Assembly: GCF_009914755.1 (NCBI RefSeq) | Contig: NC_060926.1 | Strand: one strand, 5' to 3' | Length of the DNA: 64,000 nucleotides | Source: the human T2T-CHM13v2.0 reference genome, Homo sapiens | Shown here: piece by piece, positions 27,781-41,339 of the stretch | Position numbering within the stretch: the first letter of the stretch is position 1 | Layout: each line of letters begins with the position of its first letter | The notes under the pieces: generated by a model | The model's input: the letters and a program-made list of their open reading frames with translations, nothing else | What the model was told of the DNA's origin: nothing | Database searches by the model: none | Program-made: the position numbers and the translations under genes

Positions 27781-28827
27781 ATGGAATGCTACTCAACTGT
27801 AAAAAGGAATGAATTAATGTCATTCACAGTGACCTGGATCAGACTGGAAACTATTATTCTAAGTGAAGTAACTCAGGAATGGAAAACCAAACATCGTCTG
27901 TTCCTACTCGTATGTGGTTGCTAAGCTATGAGGATGCAAAGGCATGGGAAAGACACCGTGGACTTTAGGGGTTCAAGGGGAAAGCGTGGGAAGGGAGTGA
28001 GAGATAAAAGACCACAAATTGGGTGCCTTGTATACTGCTTAGGTTATGAGTGCACCAAAATCTCACAAATCACCACCAAAGAACTTTCTCATGTAACCAA
28101 ACACCACCTGTTCCCCAATAACCTATGGAAATAAAATAACTAAATAAATAAATAATGCTAAACAATCATACTTTTATTAATAAGTTAAAAGTGTCTACAA
28201 TTTTTTAAAAAAACAGGTAACAATGAAAAAATATGTAAAGAAAATGAACACATAAAAATACAAATGACTTTCATATGTATGAGAAGATGCTCAACCTCAC
28301 TAATAAAAAAAGAAATGCTAATCCATGCTAAAATATTTTCAACTTATATTGTCAAGACCAACACTTATAATATACCATGTTGACATGGAAGAAAACAGAA
28401 ATATTTTATACACTGTTGATGGCACTATAATTAATAATATATAAAAGAAACAGTGATGTTATTCAAAACTGGAAACAAATGCTCTTCAACCCAATAATTC
28501 TGTTTCCAGTAATTTGTCCTACAATTATTAGCAAATGTGTGCAATGGAATATATGCTAGGTATAATACAAGATTTGAAATTACCCACTAACTTATCAAAA
28601 AGGGATTTGATTAAAAATTGCGGTCAGCCCTGCATGGGAACAGCTTTGCTCACGGTGCTCCTTGCAGGTACCCAGAGTACACTCAGCCACAGGCTTGCAC
28701 CGCAGCTGATCTGAGTCTTGGCAGGACACCTCGAAATGTGAGAAGGTGAAGGCCAGTGAACAGGTGCTCTGAAAACTTACATCATTTGCCTTCCTACCCC
28801 TGTGGGAAGCCACCATGTTTCTCATCA

Positions 28828-29240
<413 letters not shown>

Positions 29241-30441
29241 GGAATTGTGTTCTTAGCAATGGGAATAACACAGCCCATGTTGTGGTCATCTAACCCATTT
29301 TGTTTAGATGTCATCCTTCTTGGTATCTACAGCTACAGTGAATGGCTATTCTTTGCTTAGCTGTTTGTGCAAATACAAAACTGTCTGAATCGAAATGACT
29401 CTTTTATCTTTCCCAGTCTATTGGTCAGGCTTTGGTCTTAGGCTCACCTTATGTATTGGTGCCTGACAAACCTCTATGAAAGTGTAATGCACTCATTAAA
29501 AGGAATGAGGCAATCCTATATGTTCTGATACAGAAATCATCTCCAATATAAATTGTTAGAGGAAAAATAAAATCAAGGTGCAATGCAGTGTAAACAGTTT
29601 TTTTGTGTTTAAAAAACAGAAGAGAACATATAAACATTAAAGCACATATAGGCATAGAAATTTCTGAAAGGATACTAAAGCAAGAGGTAAGTTAGAATCT
29701 CAGAGAGTAGGACAAAAAGGAAGAAAGCCTTACTTTTTACTGCATACCCTCTTTAAACTTTCTGAATATTTTACTCCATCCAGAAAAGTACTTTAAGAAG
29801 AAACTGAGGCAGTAGAAAGAATACATTATTTAAAAGACAGTTCTTATATTTGTTTTAAAGTTGCATGCACTGATTTATTTTTATTCCTAGTTTTCTTTAA
29901 AAACACGTATTACTTTATAATACATAATTAAATATACTTATTTTTTAAATTGTCTATCTCATCATCTCTAGTCCAGCCGTAGAATTTAAGCTCATCATAA
30001 AGGTTGAGATTTTCTTCTTTACTTTCATTTATATCTATAGCATTTTGCCTGACATATAAAATATACTCTGTAAAAAGTTGCTGAGTAATTGGATGAATTT
30101 TATTTCTGTGAATTATAAATGATATTAATCTGCATTCTACCTTTCTTCCCTTAAGAAGTTCCTAATAGGTTCTCCATGCTCAGAGGCCACCCCTTGCTGC
30201 CTTCCTTACTTTTACTTGGCGTTGCCTAATGGACATCTCTCTAATAACAGACCTGATTTGAAAACTGGCCAGACATAATAAAACTATTTATTTGGTGATC
30301 ATATGATAGAATAGTTATAGATCCTTTGTTTCCTTTGGAAATTCAGTTGCAGGGTTAAAAGTGAAGGCCTCCATCGAGGAAAATAAACTGAAAAAAATAA
30401 AGAAAAAGGAAGCAAGTAGATGCAAAGGGAAAATAACAAAA

Positions 30442-31150
30442 ATCTCACACCAGTTAAAATGGCAATCATTAAAAAGTCAAGAAACAACAGGTGCTGGAGA
30501 GGATGTGGAGAAATAGGAACACTTTTACACTGTTGGTGGGACTGTAAACTAGTTCAACCATTGTGGAAGTCAGTGTGGCGATTCCTCAGGGATCTAGAAC
30601 TAGAAATACCATTTGACCCAGCCATCCCATTACTGGGTATATACCCAAAAGACTATAAATCATGCTGCTATAAAGACACATGCAGACGTATGTTTATTGC
30701 GGCACTATTCACAATAGCAAAGACTTGGAACCAAGCCAAATGTCCAACAATGATAGACTGGATTAAGAAAATGTGGCACATATACACCATGGAATACTAT
30801 GTAGCCATAAAAAATGATGAGTTCATGTCCTTTGTAAGGACATGGATGAAATTGGAAATCATCATTCTCAGTAAACTATCGCAAGAACAAAAAACCAAAC
30901 ACTGCATATTCTCACTCATAGGTGGGAATTGAACAATGAGAACACACGAACACAGGAAGGGGAACATCACACTCAGGGGACTGTTGTGGGGTGGGGGGAG
31001 GGGGGAGGGATAGCATTAGGAGATATACCTAATGCTAGATGACGAGTTAGTGGGTGCAGCACACCAGCATGGCACATGTATACATATATAACTAACCTGC
31101 ACATTGTGCACATGTACCCTAAAACTTAAAGTATAATAATAAAAATAAAC
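30442..31150 (+). mobile_element. Young 5'-truncated L1PA (L1PA2/3-like)
   Basis: Uninterrupted ORF2 C-terminus ([52 protein letters not shown]...SLIGGN*), G-rich 3'UTR tract, 'gatgacgagttagtgggtgcagc' (non-Ta GAG), A-rich tail. Confidence 0.93.
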
Positions 31151-31152
31151 AA

Positions 31153-31344
31153 TAAAAAATACAAAAATTAGCCAGGTGTGGTGATGCATGCCTGTAATCC
31201 CAACTACTCGGGAGGCTGAGGCAGGAGAATCGCTGGAAACCACCCAGGAGGTGGAGGTTGCAGTGAGCCAAGATTGCACCATTGCACTCCAGCCTGGGTG
31301 ACAGGGTGAGATTCCACCTCAAAAAAAAAAAAAGAAAAAAAAAA
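31153..31344 (+). mobile_element. Alu right arm plus linker (no left arm)
   Basis: taaaaaatacaaaaattagccagg...ccagcctgggtgacagggtgagattccacctc and poly(A). Confidence 0.9.
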
Positions 31345-32159
31345 GTCGTTTTTTATCATTATATCCTTCAAGTTTTAAAAACTGAAGATTAAAATATTTG
31401 TCTCAGGTCAGGAAATAAAGTTCACTAAGAAAAAAAATAAAATAAAAATAAAATAAAGAGTTATTATTATGTATGGCATTTTAAAATTTTGTTTAACCAC
31501 CCAAAACAGCCCTGTGAGAAAGGCTATTATCTCCTATATCACAAATATAAAAGGAGGACACAGAGAAGTTGAAGAAGTCTCCAATCCCTATTCCTCAATA
31601 GCCACCAAGAAAAACGAACAGGATTTGAGCCCAGGTCTGTGTGACCATTTGACCAGAGGTTTATCTGGGGAGTAGGTTTTCCCTCTGAGGAGAGAAAATC
31701 AATGTCTGGAGATACAAGCACAGACTCTGGGGCTTGGCCTGGGCTCTGCCTGTGTATAAGACATGAAATCACATTACTTGGTGCCATTTTCCTTCTAGTT
31801 TTAAATTTAAGATTATTGTGATTTGTGGACTTGCTAACTTTATATTTCTTCAAGTTTTATGTGAGTGAAATAAGATACAAAGACTTCTCTTAAATTTGTT
31901 AAAAGCAAATTAATTGTTTTACATATGATGAAGGGAATATTTTAATACAAGTATTATACAAAAATGCATTGTTTTCATTAACATGAACTAAAGGAGCAAA
32001 TGGTAACATATCTTGTTTTCTATTAGCTGCTATTAGGGGGATGCTAGTAGGTTTTAATTAGTGTGCTACTTCTAGTGGAAGTGGCCAATAAGACATTTGG
32101 AGACTGGCCAAATTTGGGCTAAATTACTGTAATCCTTAATAAACTCATGTAAAGCTAGC

Positions 32160-32630
32160 CAAGCCCCTCTAGGGTGTTTGTAAGCCTGAGGCAAGAGTAC
32201 AGATAGAGAACCACATACCATGAATCTAAATTTGTAAAGAGTTACAAACCAAGCTAAGAAACGAATGAATCAAATATGCTCTACTCCCCTCCCTTGACAG
32301 ATAGACATCCATTCACGCCCATACCCCACAGGTCAAAGTTCTGCCCACACTGCAAACAGCTGCCTGTTGGCCACCCCTCAGGAAGGCAGATGAGGGACGA
32401 GAACGGTGAAGACCCTTGAAGGACTATCAGAGCTGTTGAGGCAGGAAACTGGGTGTTGTGTGCAGAGATCATGTTCTGGAAGGCGGTGGCAACCTCCTAT
32501 GTCATCTCCCCTGGGCTCATAAGGCCCTGCCCTTGTGACACAGGATATGACCGAGGAAGACCACAGTGAGACCCTTTAGGAACCCAGTTCAGGGCAGGAA
32601 GGCCCACTGGCCTGGGTATAAGGGGGATGT
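32160..32630. mobile_element. Probable hAT-Tip100-class DNA transposon fossil (MER96B-like)
   Basis: cacataccatgaatctaaatttgtaaagagttacaaaccaagctaa...atatgctctactcccctcccttgaca resembles a remembered consensus; low certainty. Confidence 0.4.
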
Positions 32631-33284
32631 GAATGGAGGATTTCTATTGAACTCTTTGCTTGAATACTAAAATGTACATAATTTACCTCATTGGCCAAAG
32701 AATCTAATGTAAAAATATAGTAAATTCATTCAGACAAAAAATTATAAAATATATGTTAGGCCTGTTGGGCTGTGTCAGCAGCTGACGTCTGTCAGTCTGT
32801 GAAAAAATACCTATTTAGAGAAAGGAACTGTAGGCCTGGCATTGATCAGGTTTAAGCCAGGAGCAATAAGGACAACCAAAACAATAAGAAAAATGGTCTG
32901 AATATACCCCGTTGCAAAACCTGATGGTAGTTTGAGAATATAGGGCTGCCCTGTCAGCAGAAAATACGAGGAGCTGATTTATGCTGTTAAGAAAACATGC
33001 GTGGCGTCTGCTGCTATCACTGTGCCCCACTTCTGCTTTTCATCTCCTCCAGGGCTGCAAAAGACTCACCAAATAACATGGGCCAGTGTGCTCACTTTGC
33101 CTGAGACAAGGGGGCAAATTTTGCCAGGTTTCCCAGAATGGAGAGAGCCGTAAGGATGTGGAACATTTAGTTTTAAAAATGGCAATGTTTCAGGCAAATG
33201 AGGACAAGTTGGTCACCTTAGCCTGGGACTTTTCATTGAGAAGGCTGCTCAGTGGAACCAGGTGTAGAAGAAGCTAGGGGGACA

Positions 33285-33515
33285 CTGTGTGTGTGGCACT
33301 TAGAGTTGGGGCTCTAGATTGAAGGATGTGGAATTCCAGCTCTTTACCTTGTGGCTCCAAGGTCTCAGTCAAGCTGCTAAACCTCTGTATGCTGTCATTT
33401 TTTTTCAGCTGTTAAATGGAGCAAATCAGAGTACCCAACTCAAAGGTTAGAGAAAAAACAGTGAAGGTCAGCTCTAAGCATGGTGCCCGATATATAAACA
33501 TGATCAATAAGTCCT
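33285..33515 (+). mobile_element. MIR SINE relic
   Basis: ggggctctagattg...aaacctctgtatgctgtcattttttttcagctgttaaatggag. Confidence 0.6.
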
Positions 33516-34819
33516 ACTATTGCTATTACTAAAACAATACTTTGAGAGAGTGCCCAGGGTTGAACAAGAGAGACAAAATCCAGGTGAAATTTAAGGGCAA
33601 TTATTGGGGTTGGGTCAGAAGCCATAGGCAGAATGTAGTAGGAGGGATGTGAGCCTGGAGCACTGGGGCAGGATGTCAGGACATGGATGAAGCAAGGGAG
33701 CGCAGGCACTTTCTAAATGAGGAGCACTATCAAGAACAGTGCTTTCTCTTACTCAATGCTGGGCTGTGTCTGGGTAAGAAATCACCCACTCTCTATCACT
33801 GGCAAAAAAGAAATAGGATAAATTTTTTGCAGAAAAAAGAGGGACACTGGAAACTTGTGAAATAATAGATTGTAAAACCAATAAGGAAGAGGTAATTGTT
33901 GGTAAAAATGTAAACAATTGCCTCCACTCATTATTTGGCTCCAAAGTCGAAGCAAAAATAAGGCATGATATGTACTACGAGCATATTAAAGTGACAGACA
34001 TCAGAAGTTCCAAACATGGGACAGACTGAGTCATTCATCCTGTCAAACAGTAAAACATAAGTTACAAAACGATGACCCTGGGCAAGATTTGGAAAGCCAT
34101 CATCCAATTTTGCCTATATGCTGTTTTACTTTCTTTTTTAAATACTCAACTTTCAGGCTAATTTTTAAAAATCAGGAGATTTAACCAGAAAATTGGAATT
34201 TTTGTCCTCATTTGTAATGGCAGAAATTCATCCACCCTTGACTAGTATCCCAAAGGCTGATGATGGTGTGTTTCTCCTTTTGAAGGGCCATGAGCTTTGC
34301 ATGTACCTCAGCAAACACCCAGCCAGTGTAAGTCTTAAAAGATGAAAAAGAAGACAGCAGTTTGGATCCTTTTTTTATACCTGTTTCTTTAAGAAGTGGA
34401 CTGTCAGAACAAAAGTGAGACAAACATTTACAAATGAGAAACTTCAAAAGTATCAGATATTCAAGTCAGATACAAAGTGGGATCTTTAGAACAGGAAGAC
34501 TCCAAATTTAAACAGGACCAGAGAAAAAGCCAACAAGGGAGGAATGAATTCCTTGCTGTGGAAGTAACATCAAAGATTGAAAAAGAGACAAGCAAATACC
34601 AAACCAAAAAAAATAAATAAATAAAATAAGATCAAAGAAAAAGAGAGTGGTAGATTCTGGGACCTCATGCATTTAACATCAATGCAGGCTTTCTCCGGGG
34701 ATTTATCCTGTTGGAGCTCACCTGTGACAACAGTAAATCCAGCAAGTTACCAGATGGACTATGTTGTCCAAGACATTGAGACTGTGAGTGAAACTTTGCA
34801 ATCTAATACCTGGCATTTT

Positions 34820-34888
34820 TGACCACTAAGATCAATGAAAGGCACACCATTCAATGACCACTAAGATCAATGAAAGGCACTCATTCAA
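34820..34888. repeat. 35-bp direct tandem duplication
   Basis: TGACCACTAAGATCAATGAAAGGCAC(AC/T)CATTCAA at 34820 and 34855. Confidence 0.9.
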
Positions 34889-35124
34889 TATGCCAAGACC
34901 AAGCAAGCAAGAAAAGTAAGAAAAGAAAGAGACCGAATTGCCAAAAAAGACAATGAGGCAAAAGCAGATTTAGAAGCAAATTGTCAGTGCTCTTTTTAAA
35001 ATCCAATTTAACAAATATCTGTTGAATCTATTAATGGTTTAATCATACCTCTTGGAATTACATATTCAAAAATGAATCAGATATTATCTGTGCCTCTGAG
35101 AAAATTTTAAGGAGGTATTCCACA

Positions 35125-35455
35125 AACATTCAACAAATGTTTCTTTCAGCATCTACTGTGTTTCACGTACCCCTTTAAGTAGGTGAAATATCTCAATGCA
35201 AAAGACAAAAGATTCCTCCCCTCATAGTGCTTGCATTCTAGCAGGAGAGGCAAACTATAAAGAATAAACACAAGTAAGTGAATTATATAGTAAGTAAGAA
35301 GATAATAAATGCTATGAGAAGAACAAAAATAGATCAAGGTAATGGATCTAGGAGTTCTTGGATGGAGGGAACGAGATTGCAATTTTAGATATGTCAGTCA
35401 GGGTAGGCATCATTGAGATGGTGCCATTTGAGAAGAGACAAAAAAAAGTCAGTTT
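35125..35455 (-). mobile_element. L2 3' fragment
   Basis: cattcaacaaatgtttctttcagcatctactgtg...ccctcatagtgcttgcattctag, an antisense L2 terminus. Confidence 0.65.
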
Positions 35456-37590
35456 TCCAGGATGCTGTCTGAGAGTGCTTGCTCAGCGTATTGATCTCTT
35501 TTACCTACCACAACTAGACTCCATTTTTCATGCTTCCACCACCTCTCACCTGAGGCCAAAATAAGCCTCTTTGATCTAATATTTGCCCTCTTTGTTTATT
35601 TATTTATTTATTTTTCCATTTTTACTTCAAGAAAATAATTTTCTTTAAAGGTGGTTATTATTTTTCTCCAAAAATCCTTCAGCAGAATAGTGTAACTATT
35701 CTCTGAAAATCCTTCAGAGAATACAATAACTCTATTCTTTTCAGCCTAGCCTTCAAATATCCTATCCTATGGCACCAACTGATCTTGCTTTCTTTACTTA
35801 TGACTTAAAATTTGATGGTTTCCTGTAGATTTTGGTCACTAGTATGCTTGCATTGTTTCTATCATACTTTGTCTTCCATCAGTCTGTTGGAGCATGAATT
35901 TGTCTTTAGTGACTGGCCCTACACTTTTAGATAGAGGCAGCATGTGATTTATCCTTAATTCCACCACAGGGCTTTGAATCATGCTTCACAAAAAGTAAGG
36001 GTTCAGCAACTATTAAGTGAATCGAATTTGTACCAAACAATTGGAATTAACTTTATCAAGTGTTTCTAAGAGTTGGTAACAGAATAATAAGAATAAAAGA
36101 GTTTTTGATCAGTATTCACTGAAAATTACTGGTCAGATGAGACAGATTTTGTTCGGAAAGTCTGTGACAACTGTAAGTTGCCAACGAATGGATGAGCACA
36201 TTACCTAATGGAAGCAGGATTTCCAGCTCAGTCTTCCATATACTGAAGGCCCTGGGCCATTTCATACAGACTATGTACTCAGAAATACAATCTCCATTCA
36301 GTATCATCCACATCTGCCAAATAATGAAATATTCTAGAGTATGAATAGAAAGGCATAATCAGATCTTCAGCATCCTCGGAAATGAAATCTGTGAAGGAAA
36401 ATTAAAAATGATTAAAAACAGGTTTGAAATGCGGACAAAGGTACACCAATTAAATGTAGACAGAAAGAAAGCAGAAGTGGAAAAACTAGTACCTTTGAAA
36501 GTAAATATTAAGATCAAAACAGGCCGTTGTAAAATAATCATTATAGTCTCTAATTAAAAACACATACTAACCCCATGTGTATAGCACATAAAATATCAAT
36601 AAATGCAAAAGTAAAAGACTTCTAATTGTTCCTATGCAGATATTGGTCAATAGTGCCCTTATGTGAGTACCTGTGTTGCAGTTCCAACATGCAGAGGCCC
36701 TAGAGCCTGGTTGAGGAAGATGGTTGTTGGTTTAACCAGCTATGCTGCCAGATGAATGAACTAATGGACAGAGTTCAAGAGGAAAAGCCAAGGTTGGGAA
36801 TGTTGGAGGGAGCCAATCAGAAGCCAGCAGAACTAAGCAGGAGACTAGCTTGAGGATGATCAGTATTCAATTTTTGCAAAGAGTAGGTACAATAACTCGG
36901 CCAGCCCAAATCTTCCATAGTGGTAATTCTTATATGGAGGGCTTGATGGAGAGAAACAGCTTAGAGGAAGATTTTAATTTTTATTTTCAAAGTTTTGGTA
37001 AATCAGACAAAAATATGAAAACAAATGATCTGAGGGATATATTTATTAATATAGAATTAAGAGGTGTGTAGCCTATAAGTGTTTATAAAATATTCAGAAA
37101 AGAAAAACATCATTATATGAAGCAAATTTCTCCAGTCTAATTTAATCTGATAATGGACTAAATCTATAGTTCAATAGTCAAATTATAACTTCCAATTCTC
37201 AACTACGTAAAACATCTAAAAATCTAAATCAGGGTGCAAATTCACACTCATATTCAAATGCACATAAAAACGGTTTTGCTTCTTTTCCCTAACTGGATTC
37301 AATATGCTCATCAGCCTCTGTTGCTTCTAATGGTAGAAAAATCTAACCTTGATGATGAATAATAATTACTTAATGATTATTTAAAAAGTAGTACATTATT
37401 GGGTATATATTGGGTTATGTTGTGACGTTCTCTCTGTACTTTTTTCCTCTTCCCTTGGCAGATCACTAATGGGGTGGTTTGTGTATCGTGCTGCGTCAAG
37501 GGAGTCATGCCATTCACGAGTCCCACCTGTTTGGAGGCAAAAGACTTGCATCACAGCTTTCATTGCTGTTGTCTGTAGGACCTGCCTTAG

Positions 37591-38140
37591 TGTACTAACC
37601 AGGGTTCTCTAGAGGGACAGAACTAATAGGATACATGTATATATTAAAGGGGTTTATTAAGGAGAATTGACTCACACAATCACAAGGTGAAGCCCCATGG
37701 TAGGTTGTCTGAAAGTTGAAGATCAAGGAAGGTAGTGGCTCAGTCCAAGTCTCAAAACCTCAAAATAGGGAAGCCAACAGTGCAGTCTTCAGCCTGTGGC
37801 AGAAGGCCCAAGAGTCCCTGGCAAACCACTGGTGTAAGTTCAAGGGTCCAAAGCCAAAGTCCTCAGAGTCTGATATTCAAGAGCATGAAGAATCCAACAC
37901 AGCAGAAAGAAGCAAGTCAGCTTCTTCCATCTTCTTCTGTCTGGTTTTTCTAGCAGTTCCGGCAGTTGACTAGATGGGGCCCACCCACACTGTGGGTGGA
38001 CCTTCCTGAGGGTGAGTCCTCTCCTAGTCCACTGACTCAAATGTTAATCTCTTCTGGCAACAGCCAGAAACACCCAGATACACCCAGAAGCAATACTTTG
38101 CATCCTTCTATCAAGTTGGCACTTAATACTAACCATCGCA
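37591..38140 (-). mobile_element. MLT2A-type (ERVL) solo LTR
   Basis: TG...CA termini (tgtactaaccagggttctctagagggacagaactaatagga ... aatactaaccatcgca); 5-bp TSD cttag/cttgg. Confidence 0.85.
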
Positions 38141-39015
38141 CTTGGCCTAAGGGAGTGAGATGTAGTCACTTGGACTCTCCCAGACCTCCAAATCCAGCTA
38201 CCAGCCCTTAACACATTTACTGATAACTTCAGCCCATTTGTACCCTCAACCTGCTCTTCTGGTCCTGGGGACCCTCAGTTGCCTGCCTCACACTGTGCTA
38301 GAGTGACCAGGTCACTGTGGAACCCCTCTAGCCTTTCTGCGTTGCCTCTTCCTCAGCCTTTGCTAACCTGTCTTCTCCTCCCCAGCTGATTTGCTCTGGG
38401 ATCATGCTGAACTTGAGACAGCTCTAACAGGCTTGCAGCCATCACTGCTATGGGTACTTCTGGAGGCAGTACCTTTCTGTGTTTTCCAAGATCTGTCTTG
38501 TGACCTCTATCCATATCCACCCAACTCACATCCAGTTTCAATCCCTCAGGGAGAACCAGAGAGCAGGCCTCAAGCTACCACCTAACTGTGCTCTTGTCTC
38601 AACCAACTGCCTCTGAAAATCTTCCACCCAGAGTAGAGGAGAGATTGCTCCCCTCAGTGTAATAGGAAACTACAATTTTTTAGTATATGGTACCCTCTAT
38701 ACTACCTGACTGGAAAAAACTCTCCACCCTGAATATTTTCAATAGCACTGTGTTTTGCTATTTAAAAGACAGCAGCTTTTTTTCATTCTGTTTTTTTACT
38801 AACATTTTCCTGCAAACAATATTTTCTTAAACCATAACTGAGCGAAGTAGAGCATTAATTTTTTTGAAATTGAGGAAAGTAGCCAACACAAAATACAAAT
38901 GTCATTAAATATTTAAAATAATAAAAATAAGTAAAAGTAACATATATCCAAATAACATATATTTTTACATTATAAATTTGATGTATGTGAAAAATTTGCA
39001 AATCCAAAATAGATC

Positions 39016-41313
39016 TTTTCTTTTTTTTTACATTTTTAAATTTTATGTTAAGTTCAGGGGTAAATGTGCAGGATGTGCAGGTTTGTCACATAGGTAAACA
39101 TGTGTCATAGTGATTAGCTGCACAGAGCATCCAATTTCCTAGGTATTAAGCCCAGCATCCATTAGCTATTCTTCCTGATGCTCTCCCTCCTCCCAACCTT
39201 CCACAGGCCCCACTGTGAGTGGTTCACCTCCCTGTGCCCATGTGTTCTCATCATTCAGCTCCCAATTATAAGTGAGAACATACAGTGTTTGGTTTTCTGT
39301 TCCTGCATTAGTTTGATGAGGATAATGGCCTCCTGCTGCATCCATGTTCCTGCAAAGGACATGATCTCATTTCTTTTTATGGCTGCATGGTATTCCATGG
39401 CGTATATGTACCACATTTTCTTTATCCGGTCTATCATTGATGGACATTTATGTAGATTCCATGTGTTTGCTATTGTGAATAGTGCTGCAATGAACATATA
39501 TGTGCATGTATCTTTATAATAGAATGATTTATATTCCTTTGGGTATATACCCAGTAATTAAATTGCTGATTCAAAGACCCATCTGCCTCTAGGTCTTTGA
39601 GGAATCACCACACTGTCTTCCACAATGGTTGCAATAATTTGCTCTCCCATCAATAGCGTAAAAGTGTTTCTTTTTGTCCACAACCATGTCAGTATCTGTT
39701 GTTGACTTTTTAATGATAGCCATTCTGACTGGTGTGAGATGGTATCTCATTGTGGTTTTCCTTTGGATTTCTCTAATGATCAGTGATATTGAACTTTTTT
39801 TCATATGCTTGTTAGCTGCATGTATGTCTTCTTTTGAGAACTGCCTGTTCATGTCTTTTGCCCCACTTTTTATGGGGTTGTTTTTTTCTAGTAAATTTAT
39901 TTAAGTTCCTTGTAGATGCTGCATATTAGGCCTTTGTCAGATGAATAGGTTGCAAAATTATTCTCCCATTTTGTAGGCTGTCTGCTTGCTCTGAAAATAG
40001 TTTCTTTTGCTGTGCAGATGCTCTTTAGTTTAATTAGGTCCCATTTGCCAATTTTTGCTTTAGTTGTAATTGCTTTTGGCATCTTCGTTATGAAATCTTT
40101 GCCTGTGCCTATGTCCTGAATGCTATTGCCTAGGTTTTCTTCTGGAGTTTTTAGAGTTTTGGGTTTTACATTTAAGTCTTTAATCCATCTTGAGTTGATT
40201 TTTGTATGTGGTATAAGGAGGGGGTCCAATTTCAATTTTCTGCATATGGCTAGCCTGTTATCCCAGCACCATTTATTAAATAGGGAATCTTTTTCCCATT
40301 GCTTATTTTTGTCAGTTTTGTCGAAGATCAGATGATTGTAGGTGTGTGGTCTTACTTCTGGACTCTCTATTCTATGGTTCCATTGGTCTGTGTGTCTGTT
40401 CTTATGCCAGTACCATGCTGTTTTGGTTAGTGTAGCCTTGTAGTATAGTTTGAAGAAGGGTAGCATGATGCCTCCAGCTTTGTTCTTTTTGCTTAGGATT
40501 GTCTTGGCTATTCAAACTCTTTTTTCGTTTCATATAAATTTTAAAAGAGTTTCTTCTAATTTCATTAAGAATGTCAGTGGTAGTTTAACAGGAATAACAT
40601 TGAATCTATACATTGCTTTGGGCAGTATGGCCATTTTCACAATATTGATTCTCCGTATCCATGAACATGGAATGTTTTTCCATTTGTGCTCTCTTCGATC
40701 TATTTGAGCAGGGGTTTGTAGTTCTCCTTGAAGAGGTCCTTCACTTTCCTTGTTAGCTATATTTCTATGTATTTTATTCTTTTTGTAGCAATTGTGAAAG
40801 GTAGTTCATTATGATTTGGCTCTTGGCTTGCCTGTTGTTGGTGTATAGGAATGCTAGTGATTTGTGTACATAATTTTGTATTATGAGACTTTGCTGAAGT
40901 TGCTTATCAGCTAATAAGCTTTTGGGCTGAGACAATGGAGTTTTCTAGATATCGGATTATGTCATCTGCAAACAAAGATAATTTGACTTCCTTTCTTCCT
41001 ACCTGATTACCTTTTATCTTTTTCTCTTGCCTAATTGCCTGGCCAGAACTTCCAATACTATGTTGAATAGGAGTGGTGAGAGAGGGCATCTGTGTCTTGT
41101 GCCAGTTTTCAAGGGGAATGCTTCTGGTTTTTGCCCATTCAGTATGCTATTGGCTGTGGGCTTTTCATATGTGGGTCTTATTATTTTGAGGTATGTTCCT
41201 TCCATATCTAGTTTTTTGACAGTTTTTAACATGAAGGGATGTTGAATTTTACCAAAGGCCTTTCCTGCATCTACTGAGATAATCATATGGTTTTTGTCTT
41301 TAGTTCTGTTTAT
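39016..41313 (-). mobile_element. 5'-truncated L1PA (L1PA8-13 class), antisense
   Basis: T-tail at ~39016, L1PA 3'UTR, and minus-strand ORF2 fragments ([14 protein letters not shown]..., [23 protein letters not shown]). Confidence 0.9.
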
Positions 41314-41339
41314 CCACATTTATGTATTTGGACCTTTTC

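Larger units (their letters stand above)
20997..28159 (+). mobile_element. Near full-length, inactivated L1PB (L1PBa-type 5'UTR, L1PB1-type 3' end)
   Basis: 5'UTR, ORF1 remnants (~22400-23380, e.g. RLTADFSAQILQARRDW), ORF2 remnants (~23490-27920; endonuclease 'LTLNINGLN..CCLQETH', RT '[15 protein letters not shown]') with stops and frameshifts, L1PB 3'UTR and A-rich tail. TSD AAAAAATCACACTTTT (20981-20996) / AAACAATCATACTTTT (28160-28175). Confidence 0.92.

Noticed and set aside
30420-30932. 170-aa open ORF
   Set aside because: C-terminus of L1 ORF2 in a 5'-truncated copy; the ATG comes from flanking DNA and there is no promoter evidence.
30987-31010. G-quadruplex-forming tract
   Set aside because: A standard feature of the L1PA 3'UTR, not locus-specific.
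39897-40466. 189-aa minus-strand ORF, the longest in the track
   Set aside because: An L1PA ORF2 fragment.
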